Shown here one piece after another: positions 20,077-29,687 of a DNA stretch of 64,000 bases (position 1 is the stretch's first letter; every line of letters begins with the position of its first letter). The notes beneath the pieces are model-generated. The model was not told the DNA's origin. It saw nothing but the letters and a program-made list of their open reading frames with translations, and searched no databases. Both the position numbers and the translations under genes were made by a program. Source of the DNA: Candidatus Poribacteria bacterium (lineage in GTDB: Bacteria > Poribacteria > WGA-4E > PCPOR2b); assembly GCA_965218095.1 (NCBI GenBank), contig OZ244587.1, positions 5,152,001 to 5,216,000 of the forward strand, read 5' to 3'.

Positions 20077-21726
20077 ATGACAAAATATATATTTGTAACC
20101 GGAGGGGTAATCTCCGGCATCGGAAAGGGAATAACGACGGCATCGCTAGGCCGCTTGCTGGTCGATCGAGGATTCCGTGTAATCGTTGTCAAAATCGACC
20201 CTTACCTCAACTTAGATGCCGGTACGATGAATCCGTTTGAACATGGTGAGGTATTTGTGACGCAGGATGGCACCGAAACCGATCTCGATCTCGGTAATTA
20301 CGAGCGATTTCTGGGCCTCAATCTCAATCGAAACTCTTATATTACCTCGGGTTCGGTCTACAATGCGGTCATCGCCAAAGAACGACGCGGGGATTATTTG
20401 GGTGGGACTGTGCAGCTTATCCCGCACATCACCGATGAGATCAAGGAGCGCATCTACCAACTTGGGCGCGACAGTGATGCGGAAGTAGTCATTACGGAGA
20501 TTGGCGGGACCATTGGGGATTTTGAGACACCCCCCTTTGTAGAGGCTATCCGACAGATGGCAGTGGAGGTTGGCCGCGAAAATACGCTGTTTATCCATGT
20601 GTCGCTAATCTATACCCTTCCCAGTGGAGAAAGCAAGAGCAAACCGACTCAACATAGCATCCGTACGCTACAAGAGTATGGTATCCAACCCGATCTCCTG
20701 ATTTGCCGCACAAGCCAGCCGATGGGAGAGGGAATACGGCAGAAGATCTCGCTCCTCTGTGGGTTTCAGAAGGAGTACATCGTCGAAGGACTTGACACCG
20801 ATCTAGTTGATGAGATTCCACTGAACTTCGAGCGACAGGGCATGGCACATCTGGTGATAAAGCGACTTAGGTTGGAAGAGCGTCCACCCAATGACACTAA
20901 ATGGACAGAAATGGTTCATAAGTTGAAGCACCCAAAACACCAGATACAGATCGCAATCGTTGGTAAGTATGTACAGGGATCTGATACCTATCTCAGTGTG
21001 AAGGAAGCACTCAAGCATGGTGGAATTGCCAATGAGTCCGCTGTAAACGTCAGGTGGATAGACTCTGAGACGTTAGGAGACCATCAAAATCTGGAGGCGC
21101 AGTTCGAGGGGGTTGATGGAATTCTCGTCCCCGGTGGTTTTGGCTACCGTGGCATCGAAGGGATGATTGTTGCTGCCCGTTATGCGCGTGAAAACAAAAT
21201 CCCATTTCTGGGATTATGCCTCGGCATGCAATGCATGGTGATCGAGTTTGCGCGACACGTCGCAGATCTGAAAAACGCAAATAGTTCTGAGTTTGATGAG
21301 AAAACGCCTCATCCGGTGATCGATCTGCTGTTAGATCAACGGAAAAAGTCAGAGCTCGGCGGAACCATGCGGCTCGGTCTCTACCCCTGCGTCCTCGAAG
21401 AAAACACAAACAGCCATGAAGCATATCAGCAGCCAATCATCTTAGAACGGCATCGTCATCGATATGAGTTAAATAACCGTTATCGGGATGGACTCGAATC
21501 GGATGGATTGTGTTTTAGCGGCTTATCACCCGATAAGAGTCTGGTTGAAGTCGCTGAAGTTGTTGATCACCCCTGGATGGTCGGTTCGCAGTTCCACCCC
21601 GAATTTCAGTCCAAACCCCTTGAACCGCACCCACTGTTCCGTAATTTTATTCAAGCTGCTTTGCGCTATCAACAGCAGCAATCTGATGGAGAGAATAGTC
21701 ATGCCGATTCCGGATCATCTGAGTGA
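20077..21726 (+). CDS. pyrG: CTP synthase
   Basis: YIFVTGGVISGIGKG, KSKPTQHS, GLCLGMQ, QFHPEF. Confidence 0.98.
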   Translation: MTKYIFVTGGVISGIGKGITTASLGRLLVDRGFRVIVVKIDPYLNLDAGTMNPFEHGEVFVTQDGTETDLDLGNYERFLGLNLNRNSYITSGSVYNAVIAKERRGDYLGGTVQLIPHITDEIKERIYQLGRDSDAEVVITEIGGTIGDFETPPFVEAIRQMAVEVGRENTLFIHVSLIYTLPSGESKSKPTQHSIRTLQEYGIQPDLLICRTSQPMGEGIRQKISLLCGFQKEYIVEGLDTDLVDEIPLNFERQGMAHLVIKRLRLEERPPNDTKWTEMVHKLKHPKHQIQIAIVGKYVQGSDTYLSVKEALKHGGIANESAVNVRWIDSETLGDHQNLEAQFEGVDGILVPGGFGYRGIEGMIVAARYARENKIPFLGLCLGMQCMVIEFARHVADLKNANSSEFDEKTPHPVIDLLLDQRKKSELGGTMRLGLYPCVLEENTNSHEAYQQPIILERHRHRYELNNRYRDGLESDGLCFSGLSPDKSLVEVAEVVDHPWMVGSQFHPEFQSKPLEPHPLFRNFIQAALRYQQQQSDGENSHADSGSSE

Positions 21727-21743
21727 AGAAATTGACGATATGG

Positions 21744-21835
21744 ACGGGAAGGAAAGGAAGGAGGGGAGAAAGGGAAGGAAGTTCAGGAGTCTCATGGGTT
21801 CATTACGCATTACGTTTTACGCATCACGTTTCAGA
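21744..21835 (+). repeat. Composite purine tract + octamer + heptamer repeat
   Basis: GGGAAGGAAAGGAAGG... GTTCAGGA GTCTCATGG GTTCA TTACGCA TTACGTT TTACGCA TCACGTT, then GGAGG RBS. Confidence 0.85.
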
Positions 21836-21848
21836 ATTGGAGGTCAAT

Positions 21849-23108
21849 ATGTCAAAAAACTATGCAAATATGTATTCACGCGCCTGGTATGGTGACGAAG
21901 AAATGACGCTGACGTTCCCTGAAGGTTGGGAAGTCACAATGATTGCTCCGGAGGACGCACCCAAATTGTCAGATGCGGGGATTGAAGCGGCATTCGGTCA
22001 ACCCATTGGCACACCACGCATCGCAGAAATGGCGCGGGGCAAGAGCAGCGCCGCCATCATCGTCGATGATCTGAGCCGTCCCACGCCCGCCGCAACGGTG
22101 ATTCCTTTTCTACTCCGCGAACTCTCACAAGCAGGCCTCCCCAAAAACGAGATTCGCTTTGTTGTCGGCGGTGGTTCACATCGCCCCCTGACTGATGAGG
22201 AGGCGGCGAAAAAAGTTGGTCCCGACGTCGCGGCGGAGTACGAAATGACAAGCCACGACTTTATGAGTGGCGATCTCCGAGCGTTGGGAAGTCTCGACAG
22301 TGGTCTGCCGATCTATATCAACCGCGTCGTTGCGGACGCCGATTTCAAGATTTGCTTGGGCGGCATCTATCCGCACGGAGCTGTGGGATTCGGCGGAGGG
22401 GCGAAGCTAATTCTGCCGGGCGTTGTGGGCTTCGCCACGATGTTCTATTTCCACAGTTTCCATCCGGGACGCGGACATGCGGTGATTGAAAGGCAGGGCG
22501 ATGAACTCGACCATCGAGATGCCTCGGAAGCCGTTGCGGAAGTGATTGGCCTGGACGTCATTGTGAACGTTGTCCTCAACAGCAGACGCGAGGTGGTTGG
22601 CCTATTCGTGGGTGATTTCGTAAAAGCGCACCGGACGGGGGCACACTTCGCTCTAGCAACCTACGGGACGAAGATTCCAGAGGAGGTGCGTCAGGCAACG
22701 GATGTGGTTGTGTTAAACTGCTATCCACTCGACTCGGATCCGATCCAGACCGGAAAGTCGTTTTGGGCAATTCAGTATTTCGATAACGCCTACACGATTG
22801 CCGTCAACCCCGCAAGCGATGGCATTTGCTATCATGGGCTTTTCGACCAGCTAGATTACGCACGTTTCCTCAAGCAGAGAGCGGAGAAGGCACCAATGGA
22901 ATTGCCCCCGCCAAAAGTCGGAACGCCAGATCAGCTCCTCGTTTGGTCGGAGCACTTTCCCGTTGATGAGTTTTACAAGAAGCACTCGAACGACATCCTC
23001 TTCCGTGAGTGGGATACACTTATCAATATGCTCGCAGAAAAGCTGCCCCAAAACGCAAAGGTGACTGCATTCCCATGTGCTGGTATTCAGGTGTTGGCGG
23101 AGGAGTAG
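21849..23108 (+). CDS. LarA-family (lactate racemase domain) protein
   Basis: PIGTP, VDDLSRPTP, GSHRP, PHGAVGFGGGAKLILPG. Confidence 0.85.
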   Translation: MSKNYANMYSRAWYGDEEMTLTFPEGWEVTMIAPEDAPKLSDAGIEAAFGQPIGTPRIAEMARGKSSAAIIVDDLSRPTPAATVIPFLLRELSQAGLPKNEIRFVVGGGSHRPLTDEEAAKKVGPDVAAEYEMTSHDFMSGDLRALGSLDSGLPIYINRVVADADFKICLGGIYPHGAVGFGGGAKLILPGVVGFATMFYFHSFHPGRGHAVIERQGDELDHRDASEAVAEVIGLDVIVNVVLNSRREVVGLFVGDFVKAHRTGAHFALATYGTKIPEEVRQATDVVVLNCYPLDSDPIQTGKSFWAIQYFDNAYTIAVNPASDGICYHGLFDQLDYARFLKQRAEKAPMELPPPKVGTPDQLLVWSEHFPVDEFYKKHSNDILFREWDTLINMLAEKLPQNAKVTAFPCAGIQVLAEE

Positions 23109-23397
23109 TTAAGGCATAAAACCTATGCAAGAATGCGATTTGCCATCAAGCGGTAGAACAGGCTGCTTTGGAAAGTCCGGTTTAAGTGGCGTCAAATGCA
23201 GAGAGACATCAAACGCAAAATCACTGATCTGCTCAGAGAGCGCTGTGCTTGATTATCGGAGGATTCATCGATATGAACGAGCTAGCTGTTAATCGGTTAA
23301 AAAAGGACATTGAAAAATATGTCATTGAGAGATTGAAAGAAATCTATTGGGGGTTTCCAGCTTCGGCTGCCTTCGTAAAAAAAGGGATGGAGAACTG

Positions 23398-23934
23398 ATG
23401 CCCACTACTAATCATGTTTCACGTTTTACGTTTCACGTTTCACGCCTCAACACCCTCCTCGGACATATCGAAACAGCATTACTATGCCTCATCATTTTGT
23501 TGGTGATTGGCATGGCACTCTTGAAGATTGTTCTACGTTACCTTTTTCACACAGGCATCCTGTGGAATGACGTGATGCTTCAGCACTTCACGCTGTGGTT
23601 AGCGTTTTTGGGCGCGGCGCTTGCCACCTGTGAAAAACGCCATATCAGCATTGATGTTCTCATGCGCCTTTTGCCACCCCGCTTCGTTCAACTCGCCACC
23701 ATCGTCATTGACGCAATCAGCCTTGCTGTCGTTAGCATTCTTGCTAATGCCAGCATCGAATTTTTACGCGACGAGCAGGTGAGCGAGGCCACGTTGGTCG
23801 GGAGCGTACCGCTATGGTGGGCGAAGATCATTATTCCGCTTGGGTTCATCCTGATAGTCTTTCATTTTGTGATTCACATTGTAATGGGTATCGTCAGCCA
23901 GATTAAAGGAGAAGCGACATCGTGGGAGCGTTGA
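23398..23934 (+). CDS. TRAP transporter small permease (DctQ)
   Basis: Four TM helices, LW.AFLGAALA...HISID. Confidence 0.88.
   Translation: MPTTNHVSRFTFHVSRLNTLLGHIETALLCLIILLVIGMALLKIVLRYLFHTGILWNDVMLQHFTLWLAFLGAALATCEKRHISIDVLMRLLPPRFVQLATIVIDAISLAVVSILANASIEFLRDEQVSEATLVGSVPLWWAKIIIPLGFILIVFHFVIHIVMGIVSQIKGEATSWER
23411..23445 (+). repeat. Heptamer repeat inside the dctQ 5' coding region
   Basis: ATCATGT TTCACGT TTTACGT TTCACGT TTCACGC, encoding HVSRFTFHVSR. Confidence 0.85.
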
Positions 23935-25214
23935 TCGGTTTGGGCTTGATTATATTCGCACTCTTTGGAGGAGCGTTGTTTGTCCTGCTCGGTGCGGCGG
24001 CGATCATCGGTTACGCCACCGCCGGCGATCCGGTTTCGAGCATTATCATCGATCTAAATCGCCTGACGAAAAACCCGACAATCATGATCATCCCGCTGTT
24101 CACCTTCGCGGGATATGTGATGGCGGAAAGCCGAGCTCCCAAACGCCTTATTGTTCTTGCACAGACAGGCGTTGGCTGGCTGCCGGGCGGTATTGCCATG
24201 GTTGTGTTAGTGACATGCGCGTTCTTTACAACGTTCACCGGCGCTTCAGGTGTGACGATCATCGCGCTAGGTGGCTTGCTCTACCCAATCCTCCGTCAGA
24301 GCTACAATGAGCGATTCTCACTCGGCTTAATCACAGCATCGGGCAGCCTCGGACTCCTTTTTCCACCAAGTATTCCGCTCATCCTCTACGCGATCATTGC
24401 ACAAACGCCGATTGATCAGATGTTCATCGCAGGGATTATCCCCGGCTTTCTCCTGATGCTGATTCTTGCGGGTTACTGCTCTGGATGGAGCGCCTTCAAA
24501 CGAATTGAACACACGCCTTTTGATTTTAAGGCGTTTTGGCGGGCGTTGTGGGACGCGAAGTGGGAAGCAATTTTACCGTTCATTGTGTTTGCTTGCATTA
24601 TATCGGGCGTCGTGACAATCGATGAAGCGGCGGCATTGACGGCGATCTATCTGCTGATTGTCGAAGTCCTCATTCATCATGACATCAGCGTGAGAGACCT
24701 GCCGAAGATCGTGCGAGAAAGCATGCTGCTCGTCGGCGCGATTTTGATCATTCTCGGGGTTGCACTCGGATTGACGAACTACCTCGTCACAATCGAACTG
24801 CCGATGATCGTGCTTGACTGGATTCAAGCGCACGCGCAAAACAAAATCATCACCCTGATCGGATTAAATATCTTCTTGTTAGCTGTCGGTTGCTTGATGG
24901 ATATCTTCTCGGCGATCATTGTTGTCGTTCCGCTGCTGATTCCGATTGCAGAGGAATTCGGTATTGACAAAGCGCATCTCGGCGTGATCGTTTTGACCAA
25001 CCTTGAAATTGGCTACTTAACCCCGCCTGTCGGTATGAACCTCTTTATCTCAAGCCTTAAGTTTGATAAATCTGTCGTTTCGCTATATCGGTCTGTGCTC
25101 CTTTTCATTGGGCTGTTGCTAATCGCACTTCTGTTAATCACTTACATTCCAGAACTCAGTCTCTGGTTACCACGCTTGTTGAGGAAAACGTCTACACCTC
25201 TGCTGTTGGAGTAG
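23922..25214 (+). CDS. TRAP transporter large permease (DctM)
   Basis: IPLFTFAG, GSLGLLFPPS, IGYLTPPVGMNLF. Confidence 0.93.
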   Translation: MGALIGLGLIIFALFGGALFVLLGAAAIIGYATAGDPVSSIIIDLNRLTKNPTIMIIPLFTFAGYVMAESRAPKRLIVLAQTGVGWLPGGIAMVVLVTCAFFTTFTGASGVTIIALGGLLYPILRQSYNERFSLGLITASGSLGLLFPPSIPLILYAIIAQTPIDQMFIAGIIPGFLLMLILAGYCSGWSAFKRIEHTPFDFKAFWRALWDAKWEAILPFIVFACIISGVVTIDEAAALTAIYLLIVEVLIHHDISVRDLPKIVRESMLLVGAILIILGVALGLTNYLVTIELPMIVLDWIQAHAQNKIITLIGLNIFLLAVGCLMDIFSAIIVVVPLLIPIAEEFGIDKAHLGVIVLTNLEIGYLTPPVGMNLFISSLKFDKSVVSLYRSVLLFIGLLLIALLLITYIPELSLWLPRLLRKTSTPLLLE

Positions 25215-25411
25215 AGTATGGTCGCGCATATCTTCCGACCCCGATAGACGGGATGCCAGCAGCTACGCCCAAGCTGCGCTCAACTTGCGTGGGGAGATGT
25301 AGTGTGGGGTTGGTTGCTTAGCAAATCGGTTCATTCCGATGATCGTGCTATATCCCATCCGAGCACCCTTCCTCCTGCTAAAGAGCATGAAGTCGTCAAA
25401 GTGAGGGTAAA

Positions 25412-26596
25412 ATGACATCGAAATCGAAACCAGCCGGCTGGTCAACCAAAGCTATCCACGCCGGCGAAGCAACCCTTCCCAAAACAGGACCACTCATCCC
25501 GCCCATTTACCAGAACAGCACTTTCCGATTCGATACAGCAGGGGCATGCGTCACCGCATTCACAGACGAAGATTCGGGCTACGTCTATACCCGCTGGGGC
25601 AACCCCACCCAAACCGTGTTGCAGGAAAAAATCGCAGCGTTGGAGGGCGGTGAAGCGGCGCTCGCAACGGCGTCAGGAATGGCAGCTATGAGCACCGCGT
25701 TGTTGACGCTGCTTGCATCTGGCGATCATGTCGTGGCGATGGATTCGCTCTACTCCGCTGCGTACAATATCTTTAACGAGGATCTGCGTCGCATGGGCAT
25801 CGAAACGACGTTTGTGGATGCAACTGACGTGAGTAAAATCGAGCGGGCGATTCAACCGAATACCAAAGTTATCTATATCGAAAGCCCCACCAACCCAACG
25901 CTGAAGTTAGTTGACATCGCCGCTTGCGCGGAGATCGCGACGGCGCACGAGGTCACCTCCATGATTGATAACACCTTTGCGACGCCGTGTGGACAGCAGC
26001 CGATTGCGCTTGGGATTGATGTCGCCGTCCACAGTATGACCAAGTATCTCAGCGGAAACGGTACGGTTGTCGCGGGCGTCATCGTTGGATCGAAGAGGTT
26101 CATTGATCGCGCAAAGAAAAGGACGTTGCGAAACTTTGGTGGCGTAATCAGTCCATTCAACGCATGGCTGACGCTGCACGGCGTCGCTACATTGCCGTTG
26201 CGGTTCGAGCGTCACTGCGCCAACGCCCGCGTGATCTCAGAGTTTCTGGAAAGCCATCCGGCGGCTGAATGGGTGTGCTACCCCGGTCTGCCAAGTCACC
26301 CACAGCACGCGCTCGCCAAACGTCAGATGAACGACTTCGGCGGGATGATTTCGTTTGAGCTCAAAGGTGGGTTAGAGGCGGGAGAACGGCTGGTGAATCG
26401 GATCGAGATCTGCTCCCTAGCCGTGAGCTTGGGCGATGTGCGGACGTTGATCTGCCACCCCGCTTCGACAACGCACTCGGAGGTTTCACCGGAAGCCCGA
26501 AGACGCGCCGGAATCACTGATGGGCTTGTCCGGGTGTCCGTGGGCTTGGAGGATGCAGTGGATATTATTGCAGACGTCGATCAGGCGTTAGCGTAA
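25412..26596 (+). CDS. Cys/Met metabolism PLP enzyme (methionine gamma-lyase-like)
   Basis: YTRWGNPT, ASGMAA, ESPTNP, DNTFATP, HSMTKY, AVSLG, RVSVGLED. Confidence 0.9.
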   Translation: MTSKSKPAGWSTKAIHAGEATLPKTGPLIPPIYQNSTFRFDTAGACVTAFTDEDSGYVYTRWGNPTQTVLQEKIAALEGGEAALATASGMAAMSTALLTLLASGDHVVAMDSLYSAAYNIFNEDLRRMGIETTFVDATDVSKIERAIQPNTKVIYIESPTNPTLKLVDIAACAEIATAHEVTSMIDNTFATPCGQQPIALGIDVAVHSMTKYLSGNGTVVAGVIVGSKRFIDRAKKRTLRNFGGVISPFNAWLTLHGVATLPLRFERHCANARVISEFLESHPAAEWVCYPGLPSHPQHALAKRQMNDFGGMISFELKGGLEAGERLVNRIEICSLAVSLGDVRTLICHPASTTHSEVSPEARRRAGITDGLVRVSVGLEDAVDIIADVDQALA

Positions 26597-26619
26597 GAGC
26601 ATGCGTGAGAAGTCAAACG

Positions 26620-26660
26620 AAGGATTCGTTTCACGTTTTACGCAATACACAGTACGCAAT
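26620..26660 (+). repeat. Heptamer repeat downstream of PLP enzyme gene
   Basis: TTTCACG TTTTACG CAATACA CAGTACG CAAT. Confidence 0.7.
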
Positions 26661-26791
26661 AGCTTTTCCCACCGGCATCGCGGCTTCCTGAATTACTTCA
26701 ACAGATACGATCCCGGGATAAACTGTATCCTCCCCTCGAAGGAGGAAAACGCAGAGGGATGGTCTGGGGAGCAAGAGTTTCTGTAGACGTG

Positions 26792-28426
26792 CTAGAATGA
26801 TTTTGAGAACGCCCCTTCTTCCCGCGTAATGACTTCAAGAAGCGCAGGTTTCCCGGACTCCATCTCCGTCTGAGCACGGTGGATGGCAGGGATAATGTCC
26901 GCTGGATTCTCGACTTTCTCGCTATAGCCCCCCAACCCCTCGGCGACCTTCACATAATCTCCAGAGAGGAACTTTGTCCGGAAGCGTTCTGTTGCGACGG
27001 GCATGTGTTTCTCGTAGCCGCCGAGGGCGGAGTTGTTGAGGATAATCGTCAGGATGGGAATGCGCTCTCGCGCAGCGGTTTCAAAGTCCATTCCCGCCAT
27101 ACCGAAGGCGGCATCTCCCATGATGTTGACGGCGAGTTTTTCTGGCGCAGCCAGCTTCGCCCCCATGATCAATCCAAGCCCATATCCCAACTGTGTGGAC
27201 TTGCCCCAACCGATGTATCCACGTGGCGTAATCGCTTCGTAGAAGGGGAGCATCTGGTCGCGTGGATTCCCCGAATCGTGGGTGGCGATTGTCTGCGTCC
27301 GATCGACCGCCTGCGTCAAGTCCCAGATAACCCGATAAGGATTGATCGGAATTTCGTCCGAGGTCAACTTCGGCATCCACTCTGCCAGCCATTTTTCCTT
27401 CACAGCTTTGATTTCCTGCATGACTGCGCCCCTGCTTCGTTCGCTTCCACCAAGCTGTTTCTTCGCTTCATCTATCAGTTGCCTGAGAACGATCTTAGCA
27501 TCGCCGATAATCGCGTAATCAGCGGCGTAATCTTTGTTGATGTCAAGTCCGTCGATCGAGTTGTGGGCCATCAGCTTTCCGTTGGAGATGGGGGTGGACA
27601 TCACCGACTTTGAAAAACTGCACCCAAGCCCAAAAACGAGGTCAGCTTTCTCAAAAAAATACTTGACCATTCCGGTACCGGTATGTCCGCCCACCCCGAT
27701 CGACAGTGGATGATTTTCAGGGAACGCGCTTTTGCCAGCCATCGTTGTCATCACTGGGACCTGCACCAACTCGGCAAATTCGAGCAATTCATCCGTCGCA
27801 CATGCATAAAGGACACCCTGTCCCGCGTGGAGGATTGGACATTCCACATCAAGTAGGGCTTTCACCGAGGCTTCGATGTCGCTGGGGTTACCGGCTGATT
27901 TAGTTCGCTCGGGCGGTTTGTAGTCGAAGTTGTCGTCAATCTCTTCATCGGAGACATCGGTCGGGATTTCGAGCATCACCGGTCCTGGGTGTCCCGTTCG
28001 AAGCAGGCTAAATGCCCGGCGCATCATGTCTGGAATTCGATCTGCGAAGTTAACCTGCGCGAGCCATTTTGTGACACCGCCGTAGTTTTTGACCGCCTCG
28101 AAATGCGTGGGAATCCCGTGGGTGCGACGAGCGACCCCGCCGGGTAGCATCAGAATTGGAACGGAGTCCGAAAACGCTTGCGCGACCCCTCCGAAAGCGT
28201 TTTCGCTGCCGGGCCCCGACTGTACACATGCGACACCCAATCGTTCTCCATTGGAGATGCGGCTGAAACCATCTGCCATATTGATCAGTGTCCGTTCCGT
28301 GCGAGTCATGATGGGTCGGATGCCGACGCTCGCACAAGCGTCAATGAGGCTGTTGGCTGGAAAGCAAAATAGATACTCAACGCCTTCGGTCTTCAAAATT
28401 TTTGCAACTGCGTCAATGCCTTGCAT
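26792..28426 (-). CDS. Thiamine pyrophosphate-requiring protein (acetolactate synthase-like family)
   Basis: RTER catalytic Glu, GPGSEN, MGDAAFGM...LNNS ThDP motif. Confidence 0.9.
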   Translation of the reverse strand: MQGIDAVAKILKTEGVEYLFCFPANSLIDACASVGIRPIMTRTERTLINMADGFSRISNGERLGVACVQSGPGSENAFGGVAQAFSDSVPILMLPGGVARRTHGIPTHFEAVKNYGGVTKWLAQVNFADRIPDMMRRAFSLLRTGHPGPVMLEIPTDVSDEEIDDNFDYKPPERTKSAGNPSDIEASVKALLDVECPILHAGQGVLYACATDELLEFAELVQVPVMTTMAGKSAFPENHPLSIGVGGHTGTGMVKYFFEKADLVFGLGCSFSKSVMSTPISNGKLMAHNSIDGLDINKDYAADYAIIGDAKIVLRQLIDEAKKQLGGSERSRGAVMQEIKAVKEKWLAEWMPKLTSDEIPINPYRVIWDLTQAVDRTQTIATHDSGNPRDQMLPFYEAITPRGYIGWGKSTQLGYGLGLIMGAKLAAPEKLAVNIMGDAAFGMAGMDFETAARERIPILTIILNNSALGGYEKHMPVATERFRTKFLSGDYVKVAEGLGGYSEKVENPADIIPAIHRAQTEMESGKPALLEVITREEGAFSKSF

Positions 28427-28747
28427 AGATAATCTCCTTGTGTAATCTGTTGCAGGTTTGCTCATTAACAAAACTGTTGTGAAATGCTCCTTAACGATTT
28501 CAGTGTCCGTGACTTCGTCTTCAAGGCATTGTACGCCATAGTGTATTATCACGTCAAGCCTAAAATTCCATTCAACGAGACGCTAGGTTTGGAATGCGCA
28601 CCCAACAAAAAAGCCCCATGCAACCGAAGTGTTGATCTGCGAATTTGTGAGGTTGACTTGGAGCATGTCGTATGATACACCGATTGAAAGCAGCGAGACA
28701 AAGGTTTATTCATGAAAGCGAGAAACAGGTATCACAGGAGCGAACAA

Positions 28748-29587
28748 ATGGACAAAGTGAAAATCGCGTTGATCGGCACAGGGAATCGGGGAACAAGTAC
28801 CTATACCCGATTATTTCCAAGCTCAAAGATGACCTTGAGCTGATTGCTGTCTGCGATCCACGGGAAGAAGCAGTCAAAGCGCAGGGCAGGAAATACGATG
28901 TGTCTGCATACAAGGATACAGCCGAGATGTTGGAGAAAACCAGGCCAGATATCTGTGCAATCGTGATCACGCCGAGCAATAACCACATCGTGGGGTTGCT
29001 GTGTTCAGAGCATGACGTCAGTTACTGCACGGAAACACCGATCGACACCGATTCCGGGTAGTCAGACAAGATGATCCAGTCCGCGAAGCAGCACGGTACC
29101 AAGCTCGAAGTCAACGAAAACTACTATCGGGCGCCATCGGAACGGATCAAAAGGGAGATGATCCTCGCCGGTGTGTTTGGAAAAGTCAACGCTGCCTACA
29201 ACGAATTTCGTGGACACGGTTATCACAGAATCGGCTTAATCCACATGTTGGCTTCGACAATGAACCGGTTCGAGTCTTCGGCTTCCGCAAGAGTCACTAG
29301 GTACAGAAGCACGTCTAGCGCAAAGGTCAGCTGAAGCGCGGCACTGAGGATTGGCAGCACGGCGTCCTCAACTTCAGCAACTTATCTTACGGTTCACCGC
29401 TTCGAGGCTTCAACGGCGCCAAGTTCTACGCTGAACGGAGCATGTGTTCCCGGAGGAAGCCGTTATCTTGAACGATACCACTGACGGACAGCGTACAATG
29501 GTCGCAAAGATCGGGAGATCGATGTCGCGATCGGGGTCGAATGATGGGGAGCCGGTCACGTTTCCATTTGAATACGAAAAGCGGTAG
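28748..29587 (+). pseudogene. Gfo/Idh/MocA oxidoreductase pseudogene
   Basis: MDKVKIALIGTGNRG, frameshift near 28805, CTETP, in-frame TAG at 29059, further frameshifts. Confidence 0.75.
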
Positions 29588-29687
29588 CGAAGAGAGATGC
29601 GTATTGCGTAAGAGGTAAAAGTAGTCACTAACAGTGACCTATTCAGCCATAAGAAGCGGAGCGATGGATAAACTATCTATCTTGCCT

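Noticed and set aside
25215-25411. SAM riboswitch upstream of the Met/Cys PLP enzyme
   Set aside because: SAM-I core motifs (ATC.AGAG, GGCAACC, GGTGC.AA) and an expression platform are not recognisable.
26879-27613. Long antisense/alternate-frame ORFs (also 2218-2730, 18425-19093, 32179-32796, 36441-37223, 54353-54964, 56285-56908)
   Set aside because: They shadow well-supported genes on the opposite strand and show no recognisable motifs.
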